From Convolutriloba macropyga (Eukaryota): DNA of 64,000 nt. The stretch is taken from NCBI RefSeq assembly GCF_964194025.1, contig NC_134479.1, forward strand, positions 7,440,001 through 7,504,000, given 5' to 3'. The notes under the pieces were generated by a model. It made no database searches. It was not told the origin of the DNA and saw only the letters and a program-made list of their open reading frames with translations. The position numbers and the translations under genes were made by a program. Shown here one piece after another: positions 24,745 to 36,720 of the stretch; the first letter of the stretch is position 1; each line of letters begins with the position of its first letter.

Positions 24745-27119
24745 AATTGCTCTCAAACGAAGTGAAAAACAAGTCACGCTGGAGTAGTAAAGAGATCAAA
24801 ACTTGATTTTTTCACAATTCTTTTTAGGTGGGGCGAGGAAGTGGTGTTTGAACAAATTTTCTGTTTTTGAGAGGTTTTGTAACGTGCATCAATTTGAATT
24901 CCATTTTCACTATTTCCACTCTTGAGTGCTATTAATATGATACATGAGTTCTTAGTGTGCAATTTTTTGCGGTTGCTTGAATTCCTCAACGGGCAGCTAA
25001 TGATTTTCATGCCTTGTCATGAAACCTTTGTTAGTAATGAGGTATAAAATAAGAGGTGTGAAGTCTCATTCGTTAGTAATGAGGTATACAAAATGAATCT
25101 AGTTTATCAATCGTGTCTTCATGACTTTGGCATTAGTTTTTTTCAAAAATTATTAGTGAATTTTTGTGTTTAATTTTGTTGTTGTAATTTTGTTTTGTTA
25201 ATCAATCTCAATAATACGATCCCATATGTTGCTAATGATGGTTAAGATATATTTTTTTACAAATTTGATGCTTGCTATGTTTTTCCCAGTAATTGTTTAC
25301 AGGAAACATTATCGAATTATTGAGATTTTTGGGTTTTTGATGTTCACTTTGTTGTTAAATGGTCTCAAACGAAAATTGTAGCGATTATATTAGTCTTGTC
25401 GGTCTTTTTTATGCGATTTTTCGCTTGACCGATTTTTCGTCTGCCGCTTTTGACTTCTCGTCCTCAAAAGCGGGATAAACAGGTAGCGCCCAGTGGGCAT
25501 TAAGTGCTATTCGAACCTTACAGCTCTGTCTCAGCTCAAACTGTTTTGGAGACTTAAACTTATACTTACGGTGTGAAGGGCGGTTCTTTGAGGTTGAAGA
25601 CACCCCCACTGGTGACCCCCCTATTGCCCACCCCCCCCCCCCCACCGCGCTGTTGGCCCCCACCCCAGAGTTGTCCCCAATCTGCCCCCTGTTTATCAGT
25701 ACTAGGTGTCGAAGAACCTCCTCAAGGGTTTGATAATAGGTTACTGCATTGTTTCTAGTGGTAATGGAATGGTTTCACAATTTAACATCACAAATTTTAG
25801 CAATTTCTTGACAAAACGTTCACTTTTTTGACGTTTTTTATCCTTATTCAGGTCTTTCTAGACCCAGGGGCCAGGAGACATCCTAAGGGGTTTTTTAATA
25901 AGTCACTGACAAATTTTTAATGCTCATAGAATAGTTTATCAACTTTTTTATGTCACAAATTTTGGCAATTTTTTTAATGAAACTTGCTTTTTTCAGGTTT
26001 TTTTTTGAAATTTTCTGCAGTTTTTTAGATTTTTTCAGTGTCAAGAGCCAAAGAACCTCCTCTAAGGTTTGGAAATAGGTTTGAATAATTTTTAGATTAA
26101 ATGGAATGTCTTGCAAGATTTTAAATTACGAATTTTAGCATATTTTTCATATTTTTATCCATTTTTTCCAATTTTTTGACATTTATACTCATTCAGTTTT
26201 TTTGAACCTCAAAGGTCAGAAAGCCTCCGTAAGGGTCTGATAATAAGTTTCTGGAAAGTTTTTGTTGGTCATGGATTAATTAATCTTTTTAATATCACAA
26301 GTTATAGCAAGTTTTTTAAAATTTTTTTAACTTATTTAAAATTTTTTTTTTATTTCTTAGGTTTCTCTAGCCTCAAGGGACTCGGAACTTCCTCTAGGGT
26401 TTGACAATATTTTACCGCATAGTTTAGAGATGTGATGGAATGTTCTTCAAGATTTTAATATCACGAATTTAAGCAATTTTTAAAAATATTTGCATTTTTT
26501 TGTTCTTGATTTTTCCGGCAATAGAGGCCCTCGAACCTCCTCCAAGGTTTGACAATAAGCTGCTGCATAGTTTCTAGAGTTAATGGGATGGTGATCAACA
26601 TTTTTTATGACTCCAGTTTTAATAATTTTTGGATAAAATTTAAACTTTTCAAAATTTTGGAAAATTTGTATGTTCCAAGTGTATGGATCTTTATGAGCCT
26701 GTGAAACGATTTCTGGCTTAAAGCAGGGATACCGGATAATTTCTTGAGACAATGAATTGGTTCTTAAGATATTAATGTCTCGCGTAATGTCATCATCTTC
26801 TTTGCGTAATGTCGACATCACTGATCCTCATTATCAATGAGTTATAGTTGAAGCGTTTTTTATAACTGATCTAACAGGCACTTTTTAGGACACCATTGTT
26901 AATTGCTCTCAAATGCAATTTGTAGCAAATTTATTACCCTGTTTGTCTTTTATGCAATTTTTTGCTTGACCGATTTTTCGTCTGACCCATTTGACTTTCG
27001 TTTTCAGTAACGGGATTAAGATGTAGTGCCCTGAGGTCACTAAACCGTGGCTAGCTGTTGACAAAGCCAACCGCTCGCCGGTCGTTTGAGAGCAATTCGC
27101 CCGACGTTGGTCGGTTATC
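24745..27119 (+). mobile_element. Composite HINE family B inserted in unit 1 of the dimer
   Basis: AATTGCTCTCAAACGA / TCGTTTGAGAGCAATT, hairpin CCGAC-gttg-GTCGG; empty site in unit 2 at ~28890-28920; extra B-type 5' ends at ~25357 and 26901. Confidence 0.8.
25700..26780. repeat. Diverged ~165-bp tandem array (~6-7 units)
   Basis: cctcc..aagggtttga.aata...gaatg...ttttaa.atcac.aattttagcaatttt recurs at ~25717, 25880, 26056, 26224, 26388, 26537. Confidence 0.8.
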
Positions 27120-29957
27120 TTTTTTTCAATTTGGTTTTAACTTTCGAAAATTAGTCTTCGTTACAGCGTTCCTTACCTTGTGTCTTTATTCTTCACATTC
27201 TAGTTTCCATCATTCTAGATTTGTCCGGACAACTACTTTTATACTGGTTATAATGATTTTTTTAGTTAATAAAAAATGGAGTGATTTCAGCTTTTTCTTA
27301 GTTTTTCGTCATTTCTTTGGTTTGCAATTCATTCCATCATAATTGTTTCCTGAGACTTTGCTAGAAAACCATTCCAAAATTTATCACTATACTTATCACT
27401 ATTTATTGCGATTTTCTTCAGGCCTTGGTGTTGTTTTTAAACAATTGTTTGCCTTTGATTATTATGCTGTTGCTTGTCTTCTCTATGGTTAATTTAATTT
27501 TTGAATTAGTATGAAATCATGTTGTCTGGAATATATACATTGAGGAAAAAGTATTTGATGTTTTTGTCCTAATAGCAGTTATTAGAAATCTTAGTGTAAG
27601 TAATTTTCGGTTCTTAAATTTGAGCTTTCTTTTTTTTGAAAAATTCAACTTAGTTTCTAAGATTATCTGCCGTTTGCTTTCGTGACCTTTGAGATTGGAA
27701 TCCTGAAATTTTTGAGGGCAGTTGGTAGCCCTGTCAATTTTTTCAGCCAATCAAGATCGCCTTCAACCTAATTAATTCGGAGCTTTTTTAAAGTTGCCAA
27801 ACGTCTTCAATAATAAAAAATTTTGCAGCATTTTGTTTCTCTTGTTGATAGTGGTTTAATTTTCACCAATTTTTCGATCAACCTGGAGAGGTAATGAGTT
27901 AATGGTTTAATACAAAAGGTAATGGCTTCAGTTGTAATTACGGTTTTTTGTGAAGTTTTGATGCTTCGAGTCGCTTCCGAAATTCTTCCGGCTATTACGA
28001 CTCGAAGAGGAGTATTGGTTTTCTTAAGGTTTTTATACCGGAAGTACTATTCGTGCAGACGATGTTTTGACCTAAGAGCAAAAGTGAGTAAAATTGCCGT
28101 GTGAACTAATTTTGTCTGAGCAATAGAAGTTTTTTTAACATGCGCTGCGTTTAGTGAATGACTTTTTTTTCTTTGAAAAGTAGTTTTTGACTGAATGGCA
28201 CATATAGATAACCGTTCTTAGCCGTTTTTTCGTCAAGTGACCCATTTTTTTGCTAGTAATTTGGTTTTTTTTGTAGAAATGACTTTTATTTGATGCTATA
28301 TTGAAATGTAAACCTAGGAAATTGATTTTGCAGAGCCTGAAAATGCGGTTCAATTTCAAAATTGACACATGTTTTTGATATTTTAGTTATTTTTTTGAAG
28401 TTTTTCTATTAATTTCTGCATTTTTGGTTCTTCCAGCCGTCTTTTTTGTCAAAAATCAGTTAACATGGCAAATTACATTTGACAATTAGTATACTCAACG
28501 CCTCTTTCTACCTCGATGCAATTTTATTTTAAAATTGTACATATGCTAATCCGATTTTGGTAGTTTTTTTCCAATTTTCCTGTTTTTTTGTCTGTATATT
28601 GGTTCTAATTACTAGAAATAGACTTTTTGTGCAACATGAGGGACTTCAATTTTGTTTAAATGAAAATTCAATTATTTGTTAGCGTTAAGATTTTATAAAA
28701 AAAACGGCTAAAATTTTTTCACAAATGCAGTCTTATACACTTTTTGACCACTTTTTTTTACAAAATGTTTCAATGTTTTGTATGTTTGATTTCTGCTTTT
28801 CTTTTTTTGTTCCGTTTAGGAGGATGGATCTTTGTTTCGGTTGACTCGTTGTCTTTTCTATGTCCGAAACGCTGAACAATGAAATAAATGTATTCGTTTT
28901 TTTTTATTTTTTCATTTTGGTTTTTAACTTTCAAAAATCAAGAATAAGTCTTCGTTACGGCGTTCCTTACCTTGTGTCTTTATTTTTCACATTCTAGTTT
29001 CCATCATTCTAGCTTTGTCCTGATACCTACTTTTATACTTGTTATAATTATTTTCTCGGTTAATAAGAAATTGACCGATTTCAGCTTTTTCTTAGATTTT
29101 CGTCATTTCTTTGGTTTGCAATTCATTCCATCATAAATTATTCCTAAGACTTTGCTAGAAAACTTATTCCAAAATTTCTACTTATCTCTATTTATTGCAA
29201 TTTTCTTCGGGCCTTGGTGTTGTTTTTAAACAATTGTTTACCTTTGATTATTGCTGCTTTTCTTTTCTATGGTTAATTTAATTTTTGAATTAGTATGAAA
29301 TCATGTTGTCTGGAATATATACATCAAGGAAAAAGTATTTGTCGTTTTTGTCTTAATTGCAGTTATTATAAATCTAAGTGTAAGTAATTTTCCTATTAAA
29401 TTTGAGCTTCCTTTTTTGAAAAACTTAACTTAGTTTCTCAGATTATTATCTGCCGTTTGCTTTCGTGACCTTTGAGATTAGAATCCTGAATTTTTTGAGG
29501 GCAATTGGTGGCCCTGTCAATTTTTTCAGCCAATCAGGATAGTCTTCATCCTAATTAATTCGGAGCTTTTTTAAAGTTGCCAAACGTCTTCAATAATAAA
29601 AAATTTTGCCGCATTTTGTTTCTCTTGGTGATAGTGGTTTAATTTTCACCAATTTTTAGATTAGACCTGAGGAGGTAATGAGTTAATGGTTTAATACAAA
29701 AGGTAATGGCTTCAGTTGCAATTACGGTTTTTTGTGAAGCTTCGAGTCGCTTCCGGAAATCTTCCGGCAATGTTTTTTTGTTTCGTCGTCTGACGCTCCA
29801 TTTTCGTATTACATTTGTTCTAGAACATTCTGTGTCGTCACTGCTTAAGTGGTTTTTTTGGCGCTTGATTTCACGCTTTCCGCGTGACCTAAATTGCGGC
29901 TATTCAGAAGTTGTCTGTTGCTGAAACAAAGTTGATTGTAAGAGAAAAAGATTGTAT

Positions 29958-30030
29958 GGTCCGACAGCCGAGTGGTTAAGGCGACTGGCTGTTAATCAGG
30001 AAATCGGCCGTTCGAGCCGCGGCAGTGAAA
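29958..30030 (+). pseudogene. tRNA-like sequence (Asn GTT anticodon loop), pseudogene or SINE head, inside a HINE
   Basis: A box AGCCGAGTGGTTAAGGCG, anticodon arm CTGG-CTGTTAA-TCAG, B box GTTCGAGCC, T6 run at 30033; acceptor stem does not pair. Confidence 0.7.
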
Positions 30031-30942
30031 CATTTTTTGCACCCAAAAACAATCTTTTTTGAATTCAACTTATAAGTTTTATAGGCGGCGGCGATGACTT
30101 CTATCAACTCATTTCTGTATCTTTTTCCCTCTGTTTTTCATCTGTATTTTACAGCACGCAAGTCTATTTCGCAGCTATTCCGGCAATCTGCCGGCTATGT
30201 TTTGAAAAGTGAGCAAGGTGACAGACCGGAAGTTTAGGTTGTAAATAAAACGGAGAACGGAAAAAACAGTGGGCTTGAGAATATTTTGCAAATCGTGCTA
30301 ATTTTTTTCATGAGCGTCTTCTTAAAGCCATTTTCTTGTTCGTTTTTGAGCATTTTGAACAAACTTTGCACCAAATATGTTGATATAATTGAGGTTTTTC
30401 TGAAATCTATTGAATCTCAGTTTTTTCTGACTCTTTTTGAACAATTCGGAAGAAAAAAGTCGATTTTTCATTCAATTATTGAACCAATTAGGTCAAATTT
30501 TTTTGAAGTTGTGTGGCAAATTTCGAAGTAACCATGAATTTTCACAGTCATATTCGAACAAATTGTCTGCTGAAGCTAAGATTCGTTGTCACCAAGTAGA
30601 AAAATGAATATAGTCGCCTTTTGTCGTAGTAAAAATTGACCTTTTCTGTTTTCAATGACCGGTTGCACCTGTCTAGACGATTCAAAAGCCGCCTTCATGT
30701 CCTCAGTCGACTGTTATAGCGGTACTGTTTTTTTTACAATTCAAAGAATATAATTTGTTTTGGGGCTGTCTCGAAGTGGAATTGGTGCACATGATTTGGT
30801 TGCAACAAAATAAGAGATGGAGCAAAAAATGAGTGCTTTTGCGGCGCAAAATTATTTCATCCTACTTTTCATCATATCCAGCAAATTGACTTTAATTTTC
30901 ACGGTTTTTTATGAGTTTTTTCTAAAAGTTTTCCCTATTTTT

Positions 30943-33753
30943 AATTGCTCTTGAACGAAGTTCCTAGCAATTATTGTAAACGTGTGTGTCTTTTTTACGC
31001 AAAATTATCGCTTGACATTTTTGACTTTTCGAGTGACTCTTACGCCCTTGACTTATTGCGTTTTGCGTGATCTAAAATTCTCTCTCAATCACAATTTCAA
31101 GCAGCTGAACTCAATTGGCGACAATTTAATATTAAAAGTCAAATGAAAAGTGCGCTGAAACTGGTGCCATTTTCACTTTAAATTTTAACAGTGGTGAACT
31201 TCTTAGTCCCATTTAAGCTCCCGCTCCCTCCCTCCCCCCGACTGAAGAAGGTTCAAATTGATTAGAGCTCCCACTAATCGTTATAGCCAGTAATTTTCCT
31301 GCTGTATTCAATCCAAGAATTTGAATTGTGTTGTTTCACTGTGTTGTAGGCACTGTTTTGTGTTTTTTGTAATGGTGCGCTATTTCTCGCCAATGACAAG
31401 TCACGCTGGAGTAGTAAAGAGAGCAAAAAAACAAAGCGGTAAGTTTTGAAAAGTGATTTTTTCACAATTCTTTTTAGGTGGAGCGAGGAAGTGGTGTTTG
31501 AACAAATTTTCTGTTTTTGAGAGGTTTTGTAACGTGCATCAATTTGAATTCCATTTTCACTATTTCCACTCTTGAGTGCTATTAATATGATACATGAGTT
31601 CTTAGTGCGCAATTTTTTGCAGTTTCTTGAATTCCTCAACGGGCAGCTAATGATTTTCATGCCTTGTCATGAAACCTTTGTTAGTAATGAGGTATAAAAA
31701 AAGAGGTGTCAAGTCTCATTCGTTAGTAATGAGGTATACAAAATGAATCTAGTTTATCACTCGTGTCTTCATGACTTAGGCAATAGTTTTTTTCAAAAAT
31801 TATTAGTGAATTTTTGTGTTTAATGGTGTTGTTGTAATTTTGTTTTGTTAATCAATCTCAATAATACGATCTCATGTTGCTAATGATGGTTAAGATATAT
31901 TTTTTTTTACAAAGCTGATGCTTTCTATGTTTTTCCCAGTAATTGTTTACAGGAAAAATTATCGAATTATTGAGATTTTTGGGTTTTTGTTGTTAACTTT
32001 GTTAATAATTGGTCTCAAACGACAATTGTAGCAATTATAGTCCTGTCGGTCTTTTTTATGCAAGTTTTCGCTTGACCGATTCTTCGTCTGGCGCATTTGA
32101 CTATTCGTCCTCAAAAACGGGATCAACAGGTAGCACTCAGCGGGCTTTAAGTGCTCTTAGAGCCTTTTAAACAGCTCAAACTGTTTTGGAGATTATACTT
32201 ATGGTGTGAAGAGCGGTTCTTAGATGTTTAAGAACCCCCCCACTGTTGACCCCCCAAATAATAACCCCCCACCGAGCAGTCCGAGCAGTTGCCGCACACC
32301 CCACAGTCACCCCCACCCACCATCAGCACCTCGGTGCATCCCCCCTTGGCTAGCTAGTGACGAAAAACTGCTCGCTAATAACAGGCAAATTTATACTAAT
32401 TTTTTAAAGCTTTTCAAAAATTGTTTGTCATTTTTTTGTATTTTTTAGCACTAGGTGTCGAGGAACCTACTCTTGGTTTGATAATATGTCTCTGCAGAGT
32501 TTATAGTGGTAATAAAATGACTTCAACTTTTTAACATCGCACATTTAAACATCTTTTTCACAAGATTTGCAGTTTTTCATTTTTTTGATTTATTGTCATT
32601 ATGCAGGCGCCAGAAAACATTAAGGGTTTGATAATAAAGTACCGAAAAATTTGGCCATGGAATAGTTTTCAACTTTTTAGTATCACAAACTTTATCGATT
32701 TTTTTATAAAACTTGCAATTTTTTGATAATAGGTTACTGTATAATTTGTAGATATGTAATGGTATGTTTTTCAAGATTTTAACATCACTAATTTTAGCAT
32801 TTTTTTTAAAATTGCAATTATCAAGTTTTTTTTATGAAATTGTTTGTCTTTTTTAATTTTTCCAGCCTCAAACGCCATGGAATCTCTTATAGTGTTTATT
32901 AATAGGTTACTGCATAGTCTCTAGATGTAATGAAATGTTTTTCAAGATTTTAATATCTTGAATTCATGCAATTTTTTTTAAATCTTTTTCAACTTTTTCA
33001 AATTTTTTGAACATTTTTCCAACATTTTTTGAACTTTTTATTTCTTCGTGCACCAGGTACCTCCTCCGGGGTTTGAGAGTAAGCAGCTGCGTAGTTTCTA
33101 GATTTAAGGGAATGGTTATCAATGTTTTACAACTCAAATATTAGATAAATTTTTTCATAAAATTTAATTTAAATAATTTTCGAAAAATTGTTATCATATT
33201 CCAAGTTTATGGATCTTTATGAGCCAGTCAAACTGTTCCAGGGTTGAAATAGGGATACTGGATAGTCTCTTGATATAATCAAATGGTTTTGAAGATGTTA
33301 ATATCACAATTTTTAGCAAAATTGTGTTAAAATTTGCAATTGTTTTTAAAAATATTCGAATATTTTCCGAGTTCAACGACCATTACTGGCCAACAAACCT
33401 TTTTAAGTATTGCTGATGGGTTACATGACCGAAATTAAGAGACAAAAAATGTGTTTGAACATTTTCTTCACAGCGAAATGTGAAAACTTTTCTTTTGAAC
33501 TTTGCATTTTCAGTTTTTTTCTATATGATTTAATTACTAACGAGGCTAGAAAACTAGGTTCCAAACTAGGAACAAAACTATTGGTTCCGCACTTCAGCGG
33601 CTGTTATGTGGCGTGATGTCATCGTCTGTTACGCTAACCTCACGCCCCTTCAATCAAGCTAAAGGTAGCCTCACTAAACAGTGGCTAGGTACTGACGAAG
33701 CCAACCGCTCGCTGGTCGTTTGAGAGCAATTCGCCCGACGTTCGTCGCTTATG
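30943..33753 (+). mobile_element. Composite HINE family B stack
   Basis: 5' AATTGCTCTTGAACGA; 31398-33300 is a diverged copy of 24770-26780; 3' end 33670-33753 matches 27037-27119. Confidence 0.75.
32450..33380. repeat. Second ~165-bp tandem array
   Basis: Same unit as 25700-26780 at ~32465, 32620, 32723 (partial), 32884, 33060, 33240. Confidence 0.75.
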
Positions 33754-33880
33754 TTGTTAGCACTTAGGCCTGTGACTTTTCGCGCTGGTATTCTGCATAT
33801 TTGAGTTTTCTCAATCGCTATCACTTAGGGGTAAAGTTTGTTGCTAAAATAAAACTTAATGTAGCATAGGAAATCACAAT

Positions 33881-33952
33881 GATCTGGTAGCCGTGTGGTT
33901 AATGCTTCTGTCAAGCACTCCTGAAGTTGGGTTTTGAATCCCTCCCCGGTCG
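33881..33952 (+). pseudogene. tRNA-derived SINE head / tRNA pseudogene
   Basis: A box TAGCCGTGTGG, degenerate B box GGTTTTGAATCC, acceptor-like pairing GATCTGG / CCCGGTC; no credible anticodon arm. Confidence 0.6.
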
Positions 33953-34586
33953 AATGTCTTTGAAACCGTAAAGAAGAGTTTGTCTAGAAGACAGCCCCTA
34001 AATTAAATTTCCCACCTGTCGTTCGAGAAAAATTTGGCCAAATAGTTTAAGTTCACTTAATTTCGAATGTCGGTCGTTTGTTGCAAGCAGAGGATTTAAC
34101 TGATCGAAACAATTAATACAATTCGTAATTAATGCTTTTGACCGGCTGCAAATAGGAAAATACTGAATTTTGAGTGAATCTTTGTTGCTTGAATTTGTAG
34201 CATTTTATTTCCGCTGTTGACAGTTTGTTCTAAAAACAATAATTGATTCTTTTATTGACTTTTAAGGTTGACAGGAGCCAAAATTGTAAATTTAAGTTTG
34301 GCAGAAAATCACTGACAATTTTGGTCTGTTGAAAAAATTGATACAAGGGCGCTGAAAGGAACGCTTTTGAAATATAAATTGATATCACTTCTTCATAGGA
34401 AATTTCATCGATAGCTAGATAGTACTTAAGAAATTTTGACATTTTAAGTTGTCCTGGTTCCAATCTGGAAATTTTAATACTCGCTAAGGTCATGCAAAAG
34501 AAATCATTTTAAACGTAATTTTGTTATAAAAAACTACCTTTTAAAATAAAAATTAAATAGTCATAAATAATATCATCTTCTTATAC

Positions 34587-34711
34587 CTTGTGGCCTTGTT
34601 CTCTTGTAGCCTTTTTGGTTGCCTTGAAAACCTTTTACGAGTTTGACTTGAAATTGTAAGAAATCACAAAAATAACTTGAACCAACATTGTTGATGGCAT
34701 CAATAGCCACA
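34587..34711 (-). CDS. Candidate exon, fibronectin type III-like C-terminal strand
   Basis: Acceptor ctaattttag, donor aag|gtataa; VAIDAINNVGSSYFCDFLQFQVK... resembles FN3 V.A.N..G.S; phase-compatible with an acceptor at 34483. Confidence 0.4.
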
Positions 34712-34859
34712 CTAAAATTAGATGCTTGGAGTGTAAATATTATGATGAACTGTCTGCTTTGGAAATCTGTATGAATCTACATCAGTAACCGTTTCTTATT
34801 ATTTTCATTTTTCTAACTTTGAATCAATCTGGAAGTTGATACAAGTAAGCTCAAAAAGC

Positions 34860-36720
34860 GATCTGTAGTTCATAGCAGTAAGCTCAAAAAGAGAAACTCG
34901 TGAAATTTGTTAATTTTGATCAAGAATGCATCGTTTCATTCAAGCCGGCTGAGTAGATTATGTGGACGTCAGCTTACTGCTTATTTCAAAACCGTCAAAC
35001 TACGGACTATTTGGAAATTGCCGTAATTGAAATTTTTGATCAGCGTTTTAAGCATAAAAAATCGTATCTAATTCGGTGAAGCGCAGGCATTCCCTCGGCT
35101 CAACAAAAGTTTTGATGCCTAGAATAATAAGGTCTTTTGCATCCTTGAAACATGCCTATTACAACCAACATTACAAACCTCTTACTCGAAACGTAGTAAT
35201 CTGTTTTTCAACAGCTCATATGTTGGCAGTCATTCAGGAGTGCAACGAGAAGATCAAATGCGTCAAGTTTTGTTTTCACTGGCCATCTAGTATTATGATG
35301 GCGGAATTATTGCAGGTACCGAAACCGAACTTTGTAAAGCGTTGGGAAATTTTAAAGAATCGAGAGAAAAATGCGGCTTGGAACTCAGGAAGGGTAAGTG
35401 CGAGCTTTGATCAATCGAAAGCATGACGATATTTGACAGTTTGATCAAAAGGAACTGTGTAGATGAAATTGAAGTTTTAAGAGCTGCCATGGGATCTGAT
35501 GTTTTTGTTTCCTCCTGTTTACAAAAACCTGTTAACAATTAGAGGAACTTCGGGACCATTTAGCATATGCGGATGATCTACAATGTGCGCTTGGTGTTTT
35601 GCGTTTTTTCTTGTTGTCCCCAAAATGGTCTGCTCTTTGCGATTCAATTATCATTCGGACGAAAAAGCTCCTAAGATAATTTTATTCGGTTCAGCGTGCA
35701 ACTTTTGAAGGAATGCTAGGAGTTTTGATGTCAGATACCTCTTGGGACCTAGCGTGCCTCCCAATCAAAAAACCGGCGTAGGAATAAGACGATCAGCAGA
35801 TCAAGTGCAGGTTGCATACGTTGGCTCCATTTTTCAATCCTCTGTTCTTTTGGAAAAAGTAACAGGCCATAATCTAACTGAATGCATCTCATTTGTTAAA
35901 GAAATTGAGGAATTGGGCGAAATTGCGACGACACATTCCTGTCAAAGAAAAATTGAGGAAGAACTGATAACTGAGCTTAAGACAACTCGTTAAAAGAACA
36001 GAGTTCCATTAGAGAAAAAGTTCTTTTGCAATCTTTCTCTACCGCAGTCTGGTACCCGGTTATCCGCAGCCTCCATCCTAGATCTGGGACTTCACCTATG
36101 TCTCGATGAAATCCGTGTTCCTCTTAAATACCAACTTGGTGTTAATCCTTTTTTAAATCTAGGACTCTGGATGTAATGGGCGATCATGCCGTGTCATGTC
36201 ATGGTAGGGGCGATATGATCACTCGTCATTATCGTATACGAGACAAAATTATATCAGCTTGCTCGGGAGCTCATTTGACTCCCATGTGTAAACAGAAGAG
36301 TTTGCTGCCCACAAAAACTCCTGACCGTGCAACAATTTCTTACATGTATGGAAAACCGGCCAACCAGCAGCATTGGACGTTAGCGTCACTTTTCCCCTGC
36401 AGTCAAGTCTTATTATAAATGCGTCGGAAAAGAGTGCCTTTGCCCTGTCAGCTGCTGAGGACAAGAAGTACGTACAGTACGGCCAGAATTGTAGCAAAGT
36501 CGGAATTCAGTTCATTCCTCTGGCTTTAGTGTCGTTTAGGGGATTTTCATCGACAGTTCGTAGGACCCTAAAACGAATCGCTACTCTGGCTGATAACAGA
36601 AGTTTGCAGCCGGCGGGGTTGTCGTTAGTTTTCAGTAGGTTATCTCAATCAGTGTCTGTTACAGCAATCTGAGAGTCAGCAATCATGCTCTGTGCAAGGG
36701 ATGCGAGATTATAGACACAT
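34860..36720 (+). mobile_element. Decayed CRE-clade non-LTR retrotransposon
   Basis: SGVQRED...LFSLAI, PKMV.SLR, WDLACLPIKKTGVGIR, GDHAVSCHGRGDMITRH, LDVSVT.PLQ, AAEDKKY, FIPLA. Confidence 0.85.

Larger units (their letters stand above)
23826..29771 (+). mobile_element. Head-to-tail dimer of a ~1.77-kb HINE (end-family C)
   Basis: Unit 1 = 23826-24744 + 27120-27994; unit 2 = 27995-29771; subTIR CGACTCGAAG / CTTCGAGTCG; 3' hairpin CCGGA-aatct-TCCGG. Confidence 0.85.
23771..30199 (+). mobile_element. HINE family A2 host (~480 bp of own sequence) expanded to 6.4 kb by nested elements
   Basis: subTIR ATAGCTGCG / CGCAGCTAT plus CCGGCA-atc-TGCCGG; joining 23825 to 29772 restores the sequence seen at 11340-11380. 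Confidence 0.8.

Noticed and set aside
25700-26780. CRISPR-like repeat/spacer array
   Set aside because: Whole units are homologous and diverged, with no unique spacers or cas genes; eukaryotic context.
29958-30030. Functional tRNA-Asn
   Set aside because: Acceptor and T stems do not pair and U8 is absent.
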